A DNA stretch of 64,000 nucleotides from Eledone cirrhosa (GCA_964016885.1 OZ024740.1:300142001-300206000); one strand, 5' to 3'; counted from the stretch's first letter, positions 13,240-26,579 are shown. The notes: generated by a model not told the origin, from the sequence alone. Numbers and translations are program-made.

Positions 13240-13715
13240 AAGGTGTTAGTACTGACATGGAATGTTGTTTGAGTAATTTGTGTGATATTTTTACATAATT
13301 GCTGATCTTGCAAGGAAGGACTCTAAGGTGGCGTCTGACGATTTTGGGTATTACTCCTAATGCTCCTATTACCACATGGATAGTGTTTGTGGTCATCCTC
13401 AATATGCGGTTGATCTCTATTTCCAGGTCTTTGTATTTTGACTGTTTCCATTGTTTTTATAGATATATTCTTGTCAGCTGGTACGGAAATATTTATATGG
13501 CTATATGTCTGATATATTTTGATGTTTATGATGATATCAGGCCGTGTTGGCAGTTCTCGGTCGGTTATCATAGGCATATCCCACAAGATAGATATGTTGC
13601 CTTTTTCCACGACTGTTTTTAGATGATGTTCATACTATTTGTCAGCCGTTTGGGATGTCATGAGAACGGAGGAGAATCCAGTGCACATATCTGGCAATGC
13701 GGTTGCACATACTAT
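13240..13715 (-). mobile_element. Decayed R4/Dong-like LINE 3' fragment (RLE domain)
   Basis: ILWDMPMITDRELPTRPDIII...INISVP and VVIGALG; abuts a (TAT)n tract. Confidence 0.75.
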
Positions 13716-13924
13716 TATTATTATCATTATTATTATTATCGACCCTAATTCGTTACTGGTTCTTTATTTTATCTACTCCGTAAGGCTGAGATGTTAGCTT
13801 TGCCTTTCATCCTCACGGGGTGGTTGAAACAAAGAACTAGTAACGCACTGGGATCGATTTAACCGATTTTTCCCCTCCTGCCTAAATCCCCGCGTGCCTA
13901 AATCAGAAACCATTATTCTTCTTA

Positions 13925-14250
13925 TTATTTTTTGAAAGATGGGTGAGAGAAGAAAGCATGGGCCGAGTGAATGGGCCTGCTCTGAGTATGCGTCTGTAGA
14001 TCGGAGGTTCAAAATTGGGAGAGGTCACTTTCCCTGGTGGTCAGGGTCACCGTGCCTGTTTTAATGGGCTTTCTCCACGAGTGCCCTCTCGCCCACCCCC
14101 CTACTGGGGAATTTCCCTTTGTTTACTTTTTTGTTATTTCCTTTATTATTGTTTTTTCCTTTCACGCAGAAATGTCCATTTGTACCGCCCTGTGCTGTCC
14201 TTAATGTAATACTTTATGTCAACCCTTGTGGTTAATAAAGAAACCCTCAT
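13925..14250 (+). mobile_element. Tx1/L1-clade LINE 3' end with AATAAA and trinucleotide tail
   Basis: Similar to 41865-42255 (ccY tgtg/ctgtcc ... cccttgtgg.. aataaa); followed by (CTA)n/(TTA)n. Clade assignment is inferred. Confidence 0.5.
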
Positions 14251-14259
14251 CATTATTAT

Positions 14260-14356
<97 letters not shown>

Positions 14357-15444
14357 CCGTCCTTCCTTTTGGGATTTCTTCATTCTTAGATGTAATTTTT
14401 CTGAAAGTTCTCATCAAAATTACACACACATTCACCCACAAACTCGCCTGGCCCACACATTGACACAGCCACACATATATGTTTGTATTTAATTAAAGTA
14501 TTGAAATAGAAATAAGCAAACCTAATACTAGTTAATCGAAATAAAATGCAGTTTTGAATTGATTTATTTGAGTGTTAATACTCCTTCTGTATTTTGTCTT
14601 TTAGAAAGCAAGTAGTATCTTGGCGTGTAATTTGAACAGTTGTATATAAATCATTTTGAAAGAAAAGGCCAATAAAGAAAAAAATATCCCACTTTTTATT
14701 TCATTCGGAGTTCAATCTATTATTTCCCCTGTTCTGCAGTAGCTTACGTAAATAAACATTTGTATGAGTTCAACCAAAGAGAGTTGAAATAAAAGAAGTC
14801 CTTTCTAGATGTTAGCCTCTACTAAAACTAGTTTATTAGAAATGTTCGATGTTGAGAGCAATTTCACTTTTACTTCTTTAGATAACATATGTTTGAATGA
14901 AATCATAGAAAACTAAAATGAATGAAATGCTGAAAAATGTTCGATGGCAATGAAGAGATAACGAAAACAAAAAAAAAATGTTTAATGCATCATGTGTTTA
15001 GGAAAAATATGCAATCGTTTGACTTGAACGAAACTTCGTTATTTTTGTCCGGAGATCACAAGGTAAATCTTACTGGCATTTTAAATCAAAATATATACGG
15101 CACAACTCCGGACAGCAACCAATTTTGCAATGTACATAAAATATATATAATATTTAGATTAGTCGTAAGAAAGCAGATTTTGTGAGAAGAAACATTTGAT
15201 AATATCAAGTCCTGTAATCAATTTGTATTTATAAAGTGATATGAAATGTATAACAGTCCAATAGATATCTGTCAACATTTGATCGCAGGAAGTAAACTTC
15301 CTACAGATTCTGACATCAGATGTGGGCATTATTTCTTCTAAATGGATTTGATGCAAGTTAAGTATCTTTGGAAACAGTGAAGCTGCTCTTGCAGACTGTT
15401 ATATCAAGTTACTTTTATTTCTAAAACATTTATTTCAGATTCTT

Positions 15445-15605
15445 GGGTAATGACCGAAAAAATACGATCTCGAATACAACTGGCCGAGATGAGGTTCACC
15501 CGAAGGATCTTTGGAATAAGGTTATTCGATAGAGTATTTATTTCGGAGATCCGACAGTTGCTTCTTTGCTACTCCAAATTGAGAAATCACAGCTCCGATA
15601 CTACT
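15445..15605 (+). mobile_element. RTE-X LINE 3' RT fragment
   Basis: MTEKIRSRIQLAEMRFTRRIFG matches the RTE thumb region and the 8.8-kb copy. Confidence 0.6.
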
Positions 15606-16009
15606 CCCATAATACTTCTGCGAATTAAAGAATTTTTTTTTTCATTGATGCAAATATATTGTTTTTCAGAAATATTTGACTGGAGCGAAAGGTAGTGGAT
15701 TACGTTGTGGATGCCAACATATTGGGGACCATCTCTTTCCTATATTTCACTCCATGCAACAAGCTTGAAATATAACTACGCAGAGCAATAAAAACAAAAG
15801 TTTAAATAATGTCTTTTTTTCACAAATTATTACCAAACATATCCAACATCTTGCGACAGAGTTATAATCCACTTAATATCGAGAAATAAATATAAATACA
15901 ATTTAATCCAAGTAGGAGCAGGGATAAACAGGACAAGAAGATGGTGTCAGGCAGTGACATAACACCAATAAGAACCAGACTAATGACGATGATCATGAGG
16001 ATAATAATA

Positions 16010-16235
16010 ATAATATTAATTTCTACTACAGACACAAGCCCAGCAATTTGGGGAGAGGGGGGAAGTCAATTAAATCGACCTCAGTGCATTACTGGCGCTT
16101 TATTGTATCGAACCCGTAAGGATGAAAAGTAAATGTAACCTCGGCTGGAGTGGAACTCAGAACATAAATGGTCGTAACTCTATGCCGCAACGAAGGATAG
16201 TGTTCGACACTCTAACGATTCTGTCAATCCACATA
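16010..16235 (-). mobile_element. tRNA-derived SINE copy (diverged)
   Basis: Reverse complement shows gagttccactccagccgagg...ttttcatccttacgggttcgata...ggcttgtg and an ATT tail. Confidence 0.75.
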
Positions 16236-16989
16236 ACTCTTCTATGACAGAGAGTTTGCCTTGGAAAGTCTATGTTCCTCTTCCCATTCAGCAAAGTTTG
16301 GACTTCCTTTTGTCTTATTTTAATTAAAACATTTTCTGTAGGGCTGAACATATCTAATCATTTTTTTTTCAACTTATTAAGTTTTTAGTTTGTTTTGTAT
16401 TGTTTCGTGCTATATCGAATATTTATCTTTGTTTTCGTTTGATATTTTCCTATTCCCTTATTTAGTTTTCTTTTGCTTGATTCAAAGTGTTGTCTAGTTC
16501 AGTTGTTGTGTCTTTGTAGTAGATTTTTTATTTTATGATCTCCGGAAATCTTTACGTCTGGAATACCAATATTCAAGTTATGGTTGTGGCATGGGAACGC
16601 TACTCGCAGTATTCTGGTTTTCCTTTTGAAGTCCTTTAATGCACTTAATGTCTAGTTTATTCCGATGAATCCATAAAGTGTTATTAGGATAGCTATATAC
16701 ACCAACTATTTTATTCCTAGAATGGATATCCTGTTCTTGTTTTTTAAATATTAATACAATTATTCGCTATTACTATTTTCAAATTTTCTCTGTGACGCGT
16801 GTGTGTTGTATTTGGCCACCCTCTCTGTATTCTTTAGTTTAGTTGTGTCTGTCTCTCCTGCGGTTCTCACTTTCGTCAATTTATGCTCCTATTATAGTTA
16901 CTTTAGTACATTTACCTAATACCAGAGTGAGTTATATATTTTTTCTGAATTTATGAACATTTAAAAATACGTTTTCATTTTCAGCATTA

Positions 16990-17230
16990 TCCTTTGTCAA
17001 TATTTTCATATAGAGGGAGGCATTTTATAGTTCTTTTCGTAACATTTATAACCATTAGTGATTTCGTTCAACAGAATTGTTAATGGTGTCATAGCTAGGG
17101 TAAATTTTAGGGAGGATAATGAGTCTCCATGGAAAATTTCTTTTCTTGTGTGTACTGGACCGATATTGATTTTTCCATTTGCTTTGTAGTGATATTTTTG
17201 TTTACTACTTTTTGGTAGCATTGGAAAAAT
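16990..17230 (-). mobile_element. R4/Dong-like RT fragment beside a (TAT)n tract
   Basis: EIFHGDSLSSLKFTLAMTPLTILL compared with RGIFQGDSLSPLLFVLALMPLTIML in the 46-49 kb copy. Confidence 0.7.
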
Positions 17231-17289
17231 ATTATTATTATTATTATTGTTATTATTATAATTAGTATTGTTGTTGTTGCTGTTGTTGC

Positions 17290-17347
<58 letters not shown>

Positions 17348-17952
17348 TTGTTTGTTCGTCTATCGACACGTGTTACATGACGTTCTCGTATGTTTGTTAT
17401 TATTCCCTTCTTTTCCAGCGCATTTTGTTGAACATTTCGTATAAATGTATAAGTAAACATACCAGTATCTTCGTGAGTGGATTAGTTACTCTGCATCCGT
17501 AGTTAAACCTATATTCTTTTTACTATTATTTTACAGAAACAATGGCGGACACTGATTTTCCTCCAGCAACACAGAACAGAAGGTTGTCACTAGATGGAAA
17601 AGCCAAAGATAAAAAACAAAGATGACGGCAGCAACAGCAGCACCAACATCATCATCACCATCAGCAGCAGCAGCAACAGTAGCGGTAACGAGAATAACAA
17701 TAATAACAGCAACAACTACAACATGGACAACGAAAACTCTGCAGGGGGAATAAGCAAGCGACCTTTCCCCAACTAAAACATTCAGCACCACAGTCACTAT
17801 CTCAAGATCAACAAAATACAATAAACAGAATAAAAGACAACAACAACACAAAGACGATGACTGCCATCTCAAATTGTATGAACCTCCCTCCCCCATATAC
17901 ACATACAATACCAACACCAGGTTAACAACAAAAAAATACTATAGAAAAAAAA

Positions 17953-18142
17953 TAATTGTTTCTACTTTTGGCACAAGGCCAGCAATCACCCAGTACATTA
18001 CTGGTACTTTATTTTATCGACCCGTAAGGATGAAAGGCAAAGTTAACCTCGGCGGGATTTGAACTCAGATCATAAAGGGACATAACTATGCTAGACAGCA
18101 TGGCGTCCGACCCTCTACCGATACTGCCAATCCACCGCCCTT
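17953..18142 (-). mobile_element. tRNA-derived SINE, same subfamily as 46350-46540
   Basis: Close reverse-complement match to 46350-46540, including the B-box-like GAGTTCAAATCC. Confidence 0.9.
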
Positions 18143-18599
18143 ACAGAAACAATGGTGGACACTATAGAAAAAAAATAATAAACGTACCACAGAAAACAAC
18201 AACACATATGGCAGAATTAACAACAATAACAACAGCAATAATTACAACAACAAAATTAGGTTTGCATCCATGGTTGCCAAGGTTCCATAACGGTTTGATA
18301 TCAACAATTTAGAAAACGTAACGTATTTGGCCCAAGTGGCCAAACTGATGAAATTAGAAACAAATCATGTTCTGACGTAGCCATCATCCCCGATGTATCG
18401 TCAGATACACACAAATATACTGTTATATATAAATGCGGGTTCACAAACAGGAGAATGTCGGAGCCATCAAATCAGACTGTCGTCGAAAAAGGACTGTGAG
18501 TGGCAATGCCTGACATTCTGCACATCGCATGTGCCAGGCAGTATGCGAGTATTTCACTGTTCTTTAAGAGTAAAGCCCTTGTTGTTAAACATTCTGTGA

Positions 18600-19515
18600 T
18601 ACCCCGCCAGAGTCACAAATATATTCTCTACCTATCTAGGACAAATCAGAACAGGTTGAAGATTTCCGGGATACAATATGAGGGAAACATCTGGTGGATA
18701 TTGGCCTGCATCGTTCTAGAAGAAAATAAAACTATCCTGGAGGTGAAATGAACACGACGACATATCTGGTCGTAGATTAGTGTCGAATTGCTCATCTACA
18801 TCAACCATGTAACATTCACAAGATCTCTCATCTCACTCACCCTCTACGTGTGGAGAAATTGCAACATATGTTTGAGGGCAGGAACCCCGCTTTTTGTGGA
18901 AGAGACTGCCCCGATTTTCAGGCGGTTCATCTGCTGTCAACACTCGCTACGCGAAGCGCTGAGCATATCTTGGCTGATGATGCGCAGATATGCATACAGG
19001 CTATGGCATCACCACCTCTTCCTCGACGATGATCAGGTGTGGTCGCCGTTTGCTAGGCGCGTTTTTCCTCAGATCGCCTCCTTGACAGAGCTGCAGTCCT
19101 GGGCCAAGAGAAGCGTTTGGTGATTAGAATGTGTTCAGGTGCTTTACAGCCCTCGACCAGCCGGGCGGTTCAATCGATAAGCTTAATACCGAGTGTTGCA
19201 TGACTGGAATGAAAATCAGTGCTGTGAAAACAGAGACACTTGTCCTTTCAAGGAAGCCTGCGCCATGCACGTTACATGCGAATTGAGTTCTACTGCAGCA
19301 GATAGAGACGTTCAAGTATCTCGTAACCGTGGTCGCAAGTGATGGAAGGCAAGAAGCTGAATTAAGTGCAAGAATTCCAGGAGCTGGTGCAGTAATTCAC
19401 CAGTTTCGGCATTCGTTAACCAGAAAGGAGGTAGGCGTAAAAGCCAAACTCAGTATCTTCAATTCGGTATTCATGCTAACCCTTATCTATGGTCATGAAG
19501 CACGTGTAATCATCG
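18600..19515 (+). mobile_element. Decayed RTE/RTE-X LINE RT fragment
   Basis: LADDAQ, GMKIS..KTETLVL, ETFKYL and KAKLSIFNSVFMLTLIYGHE spread across frames. Confidence 0.75.
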
Positions 19516-22503
19516 GTCTAAAGGCCTTAATGCAATTAATAATATTCCGGAATTGAATTCACATTTTATTAAGTATACTCAATACAATACTTACCAGCTT
19601 TGTAGGATGGTCAATTTATTTTTTACATCAGCCCGCAAGAAATATGCGCTATATGTTAACAGTAGAAAATCATCATTATCATATTTATATGATAGTACGT
19701 ATATGCAGTGATAGGAAAAAACAAAGAGAGAAACAACATTCTCCTTGAGAGGGATCATAGTAAAGAATGTGAAGTAAACGAGAAAGAAGTTCACATATTT
19801 CCGTGTTGATTGGACGTAGAAGTAGACACGGTGTATTCAATACTTCTGTATTGAAGGACATAGCGAAAGAAAAACAGGAAAAGAAGAAAAAAAGTAAGTA
19901 TGAATTAACTCTATATCAACATTCACATAAATGAGCTTAGCTCTCGTATGCCTCAAAGCTTTACTACTTCATCACCCATGAAAGGTCTCCTTTTGACACT
20001 TCCTCCCACTGCATAAAATGCGTATCACTATATACACACATATGTAATGTACGGAGAACAACAGCTGCTGCCGTTATTGGTAGGGTTAATGTTCAATGGA
20101 GGTGGTGGTGCTGGAAATAAATACGAAAACTAATTTTTTCCTAAAATCTATTTTCTTTTCAAAATCATCAATTATGTGGCATATGTATTTTAGGAGAATT
20201 ACCTTCTTTTCTGCTAAACTGAATCGTTTACATATATACAATGAGGTTTCCAGTTAGTTTCAGCTTATTACACGAAAACTAATAATATACAGATTGAAAC
20301 ATTTAATAAAATACGGATTTACTTACCACAACCAGTGTTTATTCAAGTATAGATATAAGTTGTCTTCAGATAAGCTTGGAAATTAACTGATGTATTTTAT
20401 TTTAGTTAATACGAATAAGTAAGGAAAGGACGGGAAATCTCACTAAAACTCAGTACAAATAAAGTACTATTAATTTAATGATACACGTTAAGATAATAGT
20501 AATTAACTGATTAAAGATACAATGGTGATACAACAAATGAATGTCGGATCAATTATCGCCCTTTAGTTTATACAATGCTGGGATTTCCACGTATCATTCT
20601 ATAGTTAGTATTAATTCATCAGCACTGTTTTCATGTCGTAGACGCATTAATAAAAGCCGTAAAGTATTACAGTTAGCCTATAACGTCTACACCCCTGTTT
20701 ATTTTGAGTATTAAACTGCTCGGTTATCATTAGTAAGGTAGAATATATCTGGATCATTTTCAAAAGCTTCTTAGCTGAAATTGAATATTAGTTTACTTAA
20801 ATTATTTAATGACCAAGCAAAAGGTATAACATAGTGATTCAATGATGCACAACGTTTATGACGTAAACGTAAATAAAAATCGATTAAGTGTGAAATTTTC
20901 GTTACTTATGTGACATTTTGTTAGACTAGTCATATAAACATGATATATAAACAGCAAAATGAAATTAAACTATCTGGTTTGAGTACATTTCTTGTAACAG
21001 GTATAATGTGAAATATATTCCAATAAAGTAGGCAGAGCAAGATTTAAAGGGGGGGGGGGGCAAACAGGGCAATTGCACCAGACCTCTCCAGCGGGAAGGG
21101 GGTAGTGACGGTTATAGCAATTTATTTGTGCCCTCTACTGTGCATTATAGTTTTATCCCTTTGACAACGAGAACTATCTTTAACAAAAAGAATTTAATGT
21201 CCGTACACGATAAAATAAATTCGGTACTTCCCGCTAATTATTAGAGTTGGTGCCTTGAGATAATATACCTAGTCAACTGTGTATGAATCTGAACCTCAGA
21301 CGTACTGATTGCAGATCAAATTTCTTAACAATTTGGCCAGGCTGCGCCCCCGATGAATATGATAAGGAGTTTAGTGAATAATGTCGTAAAAAAGCATCAT
21401 CATTTGAAACTAATCTCATTTTAAAAACCTAACCTTGATTAATTTGACTCAGATAAACTATTACTGATGGAATTGTGAGACTTAGAATTTTTTATCATTA
21501 ATCTGATCAACCAGAGCTGACTTCGTGGTGAAAAGAAAGGACGACAATAACATCGCCTGAGAAGAGCTGATTAACATAAACGCTCTGTTACACATTTGCA
21601 TCATACAATCAAATGTTTATTATAATATTTTATTTGTAGTTTATTTGGTAATAGTGTATGCAGTGATGCTCAATAAATTTCTTAGTGAATGTTTGAGGGA
21701 AACTGTTGGTTATTATATATAAATTTGATATTCTGATTCTTTTAAAAACAAAATGTCCTGGTTGAATGAAATCAAATTTAATGGTCTCGATTATTTATTA
21801 GTTGGAATGATTAAAGTCACTTTTTAAGCTTCTTCAACTTGTAATATCTAAACTCTAATCGAGTTTATCTATCTTATTTAGAAGTCTATTTGTTAGAACA
21901 CCAAGGCTATACTGGCATTTCGTAGTGTATTTGACAGTGAAATTCTATCTTCCATCCCTGTCGTTTTATGTTATTACTATAGGAAATAGAAATTGACCAG
22001 AGCACGAGGTAATGTAATAAAATCATAACAATGTTAAGCTATAAATAATTGAGCAGAGAAAATCGAATAGATAGAAAGTTACAGCAGCAATCGATGTTGA
22101 AATAGAGACACAGTGAAGAATAGAGTGATTTCAGTTTTGCCAGAAGTATTTCAATAAGGAAACATTAATTTTCGAAGGAATCATGAAGTTGACCAATATT
22201 CTCGAAAATGGGACAGAGATAAAATGAAATGTTAATTTATTTGAAAGGTACGCTATCAAATTTAGATTGGAATCGGTTGCAGTTGAAATAGATGGATAAT
22301 TACGTAAAAGAATTACTCTATGTCTATGGAGGGAGAGAAAACGAGAGAAATAATGTGAATTTCTCTGATTATGTGTATTTTTATCTTTCTGATATATTTG
22401 CATTGTGGTCGATGTTGTATTTCTGATTATATGGATGTGCAAACATGTGAAAGAGAAATATAATTGTATGCAATTGAATGAGTATTTATGAAGCCTTCTC
22501 AGA

Positions 22504-22505
<2 letters not shown>

Positions 22506-22588
<83 letters not shown>

Positions 22589-22589
22589 G

Positions 22590-22637
<48 letters not shown>
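22506..22637. repeat. (GT)n microsatellite, representative of many (CA)n, (TA)n, (GA)n, (TAA)n, (CTT)n, (GTA)n and (TTTC)n tracts
   Basis: Direct reading; these tracts explain most low-complexity ORFs in the track. Confidence 0.95.
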
Positions 22638-22639
<2 letters not shown>

Positions 22640-23719
22640 ATATTGATAGCTATTTGTAAACCTGTAGACTTGACTATATATGTGTAATAGTATACATCAT
22701 TTCTGCTGACGTATGAATTTCAGAAGTTGTTCTTCCTGATACAAATATTATAACAGTCACCACAATTTCAATTTAGATATAAATGACGAGTGAATTCAGT
22801 GTCAAATATTGGAGCAGCAGATCGCTTACTCTATGATGGCATACTATGTATACGAATGTCATAGCACGTTCAAAGAAACCCTGGCAATATTTCAAAACTG
22901 AGTATAAGTCAATAAATTCAACCAAATGAATGTGTTTACCCCTTGCAATAAGAATAAGTTTGTTATTAACTGATATATCGTTTAAATATACCTTACGATC
23001 AGTATTTTGCCTCGGTTATCTCCAAACCTGATTTATTGTTTGGAAATAATGAGATTTTATGCATCATTGAAAGCTTTTAGTATTTGACAATGACAAATCA
23101 ATTATAAGAAACGTTATTTGGTTTGCTACATCCCTTCATTATTTTTAGACTCATGAAATCATTAATTACTTTATATTTCACTTTTCATTTCATTTATTTC
23201 TCCCTTTGATGCTTTTAGAATATTTTGGCACTGCACGATTGAAGCCCAAAATGATATCAGCTGTCTGTCTCCTACATATCTGTCTAACCAGCTGTTCACA
23301 ACGTTTAAGGGTTTTTTGGAACTCTACCATCATGTGATAATCAATTGAACCCTCTCTGTCGTTGCGGTGCAATCATAATTTAGAACTGGGTGAGTTTTTG
23401 CTATTTATGAAGAAGTTATTTACAATAACTATTAAAAATTCAAAACAAACGTATTGTAAGTTAACATAAATATATCCGTTGTTGCAAGTTTCACCCTGCA
23501 GTATAACAAACGACTAATAGATTGATATATATCTTTATTTCTCTCTCTCCTTCTCCACCTCTCTCTTTCTCTCTCCCTCTAAATATATTTATATATGTAT
23601 ATATATGTATATATATAGGTATTAAAGGTGCAAATTAATTGCGTCCGTTGGCGGTATGCCGAATGAGCACTCGGTGTTCTTGAGGTGAAAAGTATCAATA
23701 ATAATAATATATAAGTGAA

Positions 23720-24180
23720 CAAAGAATCAGTGTTTCATCATATAAACATTTAATTATATATTACATACTTTTCACTGTCGATCAACTTGAGGAACGATCT
23801 ATTAATGATCGAACCTGACTCTGAAATCGTAAGCTCTTCAGATATGTGATAACATGTAGTCTCTTAGATGCGAATCTACATGTAAACACATACCTGAGGT
23901 GCTTATAATTCCAGACTCAGGTTCGAACAATAATCAATCGGTTTCCAAGGTGATCTACAGTGCAACATATGTAATATGTAATTAAATATGTATATGATGC
24001 AACATTGAATCTCTATTCCCTTATATATATATATATATATATATATACATACATATTTATATATACATACATATTTATATATGTATGTATATATATATAT
24101 ATATATATATATAAGGGAATAGAGATTCAATGTTGCATCATATACATATTTAATTACATATTATATATGTTGCACTGTAC
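23720..24180. repeat. Double palindrome: three copies of one unit in alternating orientation
   Basis: About 23720-23860 is a diverged inversion of 23875-24015; 23956-24022 is a near-perfect inversion of 24112-24179 around a self-complementary TA spacer. Confidence 0.85.
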
Positions 24181-24181
24181 A

Positions 24182-24227
<46 letters not shown>

Positions 24228-24229
24228 CA

Positions 24230-24292
<63 letters not shown>

Positions 24293-24299
<7 letters not shown>

Positions 24300-24887
24300 T
24301 AATTTAATATATCTACTAACATAAGCGCACAGATGAACGCCAATGCCAGTAAATACACAGGTTATGTCATAGTACCTAGGTGGTTCAATGCAGGAGGATG
24401 CAGAACAATAATATAAAAGACGTAAAATAAGAACATTTAAAAAAAAAAATTTAAAAAATTAACTTACTTACTTAAATTTTCACTCCAACTAATTACTTTC
24501 TGCAATGGGATAAAGAGAGTTACGTAATGAACTGTTGAGAATTTCATTGCGTCATCAGGGAGGTCTATTCTCAGCCAAGTCTCCAGGCAATGCGCGGACA
24601 CTGGGGACTCATATAAAAATAGTAATAATTCGGTAAATGGAACAGCTATCGAGGACTGGATTCCAAGCACTGAAAATTCTCGCTGCCACTGGTCAAATGG
24701 CCGATTCTAAAGAAGCAATCACGTGACACTGAGGCTAGTCGGTAGGAATGGGATGGTAAGATGACAGACGCCTACTAACACGCGCCCCCCCCATAAAAAA
24801 AAAATTAGTAGTGGTTTTGGCAGGTTTGCTCGACAAATTTGTGATTTGGAGATAAATATAGATAATTTAATATATCTACTAACATAA
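24293..24887 (-). mobile_element. Non-coding HHR-bearing element (solo pLTR or retrozyme-like) with 32-bp terminal redundancy, in (TA)n
   Basis: atatagataatttaatatatctactaacataa at 24293-24324 and 24856-24887 (period 563 bp); internal HHR; (TA)n flanks. Confidence 0.75.
24483..24562 (-). ncRNA. Type I hammerhead ribozyme motif (C.A mismatch variant)
   Basis: ctcc-CTGATGA-C-GCAATG...CATTGC-A-GAAA-gTAATTAG-TT-ggag: 4-bp stem I, 6-bp stem II, stem III one change from the palindrome ACTAATTAGT. Confidence 0.7.
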
Positions 24888-24941
24888 ATATATATATATA
24901 TATGTATATATATATTTATATATATATATATATTTATATAT

Positions 24942-25508
24942 CTCAGGTCACCAGTTGGTACTACTGGTAACATGTATCCCAGTACAACCTGTCTCATGGT
25001 CGGGTCGTTGGTGACTAAACTGGCAACCACACCAAGGTTTCTTGGTGAGAAGGGTGACTTTGGACATCCTGCAGGACTAAACACAAAACCTGTCAAAGGG
25101 CAAAGGAGCTCTTAAGAGTCAATGGCCATCCAAAATCACCGGGAGAGATGACTCCTTAGCCTTTGTCAAGGCAGAATTCTAGGAGAAGGAAAACTCTGAT
25201 ATAACACCTGCAACCCTGATGGTATCCAATGATGTTGACTTGTTCTTCTTTTTGGTAAATATCATCTTGGTTAAGAGAGTGGGACTGGCTTTGTGCAGTG
25301 CTTTGCTAACTATAAAAGCTTCACAGCACAGGCATTGCTTTGTATCTGGAGATCTCTCTGCACTTGTCGTCACATGGTACCATGGGCCCAGCACTATGTG
25401 TCAATAATTGTCACAAGTGTAGTGTTTGTACCAGAGTTTTCAAGTCGCAGGCTGGACTAAAAATTCACACTCGTTCAGCGCATCGGTAGAGGTTCTCCTA
25501 CATGGATA
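24942..25508 (+). mobile_element. Probable 5' end of an RTE-like LINE, cut by the assembly gap
   Basis: Starts right after (TA)n; carries ctaggagaaggaaaactctga, which I recall from RTE-clade 5' UTRs; small zinc-finger ORF followed by an ATG at 25502 that runs into Ns. Confidence 0.45.
25382..25489 (+). CDS. 35-aa micro-ORF encoding one C2H2 zinc finger
   Basis: MGPALCVNNCHKCSVCTRVFKSQAGLKIHTRSAHR* fits C-x2-C-x3-F-x5-L-x2-H-x4-H. Confidence 0.55.
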   Translation: MGPALCVNNCHKCSVCTRVFKSQAGLKIHTRSAHR

Positions 25509-25708
25509 NNNNNNNNNNNNNNNNNNNNNNNNNNNNNNNNNNNNNNNNNNNNNNNNNNNNNNNNNNNNNNNNNNNNNNNNNNNNNNNNNNNNNNNNNNNN
25601 NNNNNNNNNNNNNNNNNNNNNNNNNNNNNNNNNNNNNNNNNNNNNNNNNNNNNNNNNNNNNNNNNNNNNNNNNNNNNNNNNNNNNNNNNNNNNNNNNNNN
25701 NNNNNNNN
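25509..25708. other. Assembly gap (200 N)
   Basis: Run of N. Confidence 1.
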
Positions 25709-25741
25709 CCGACAATTGCTGAAATCAGGTGTGAAAATATG

Positions 25742-25828
<87 letters not shown>

Positions 25829-25913
25829 TATGCGAGCGACGACAGAAAAAGTATGTGTGATACATACAACATTATATTTGTCAGGGTTGCCTTTTGATGT
25901 ATGTATTACCTGC

Positions 25914-26301
25914 TGTCATATAGAGAGTGAAGAATGACAGATTAAAGCAGTTAAATTATAGTGAGGGTGAAAGAGGGAGAGAGAGAGAGAGACGACGCTC
26001 ATCTTTATACTATTAGAGAGTGAAGATCGACATAGAGAGTAAAGCAGTTAAACTATAGAGGGGGGGGGATGATCTATAATAGAGAGCCGAATTTGCATAC
26101 GACATTCATCTCTACGGAAAGTAAAAGAGTGTTGTCATATAGAGAGTGATGAGAGACAGAGAGAGTAAAGCAGTTAAATTATAGTGAGGGGGACTGCTCT
26201 ATTATAGAGAGAGGGAAGAGCGACGGAGAGAGTAAAGCTAACAAATTATAGGGAGGTGTGTAGGATACATACATACATAATACACACGACACTCAGCTTT
26301 A

Positions 26302-26312
<11 letters not shown>
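25914..26312 (+). repeat. Four diverged ~70-120-bp tandem units ending in a Helentron-like 3' terminus
   Basis: tagagagtga...taaagcagttaaa.tatag recurs at about 25920, 26014, 26140 and 26204; ends acatacatacat...ctcagctttataatatt. Confidence 0.6.
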
Positions 26313-26381
<69 letters not shown>

Positions 26382-26382
26382 G

Positions 26383-26579
26383 ATATGAAAATGTTCAAGA
26401 CCCCGACGGCAGAGGTGAAGCCGTTTCGACGGCTATTTCTGTCCAGATATAGCCGTAGAAATGGCTTGAGCTCTGCGGTCGGGGGTCTTGAACATTTTCC
26501 TATTAGCCGCTCTATTACCCTAAGTATGGAGTACTCTGGTGTGTTATGGTCTATCTGGTTCCTTACCACACTTCTTTCG

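Noticed and set aside
18340-18380. CTGATGA-AATTA-GAAAC
   Set aside because: No stem II or stem I; likely a chance match.
19000-19020. CTGATGA motif
   Set aside because: It encodes the LADD motif of a decayed RT.
19590-20400. Isolated GTAAGT donors (about 19596 minus, 19893 plus, 20325 minus), also CAG|GTGAG near 2033 minus, as host exons
   Set aside because: No matching acceptor with a recognisable coding frame; non-coding exons cannot be excluded without RNA-seq.
21030-21350. hAT-like terminus (21030-21090) and tRNA-like SINE head (21270-21350, minus strand)
   Set aside because: Too decayed; no partner terminus or body found, and no tRNA cloverleaf.
24945-25030. HDV-like ribozyme at the RTE-like 5' end
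   Set aside because: It can form a multibranch fold (GGTCACCAG/TTGGTGACT), but I could not map the P1/P2/P3 nested pseudoknot order.
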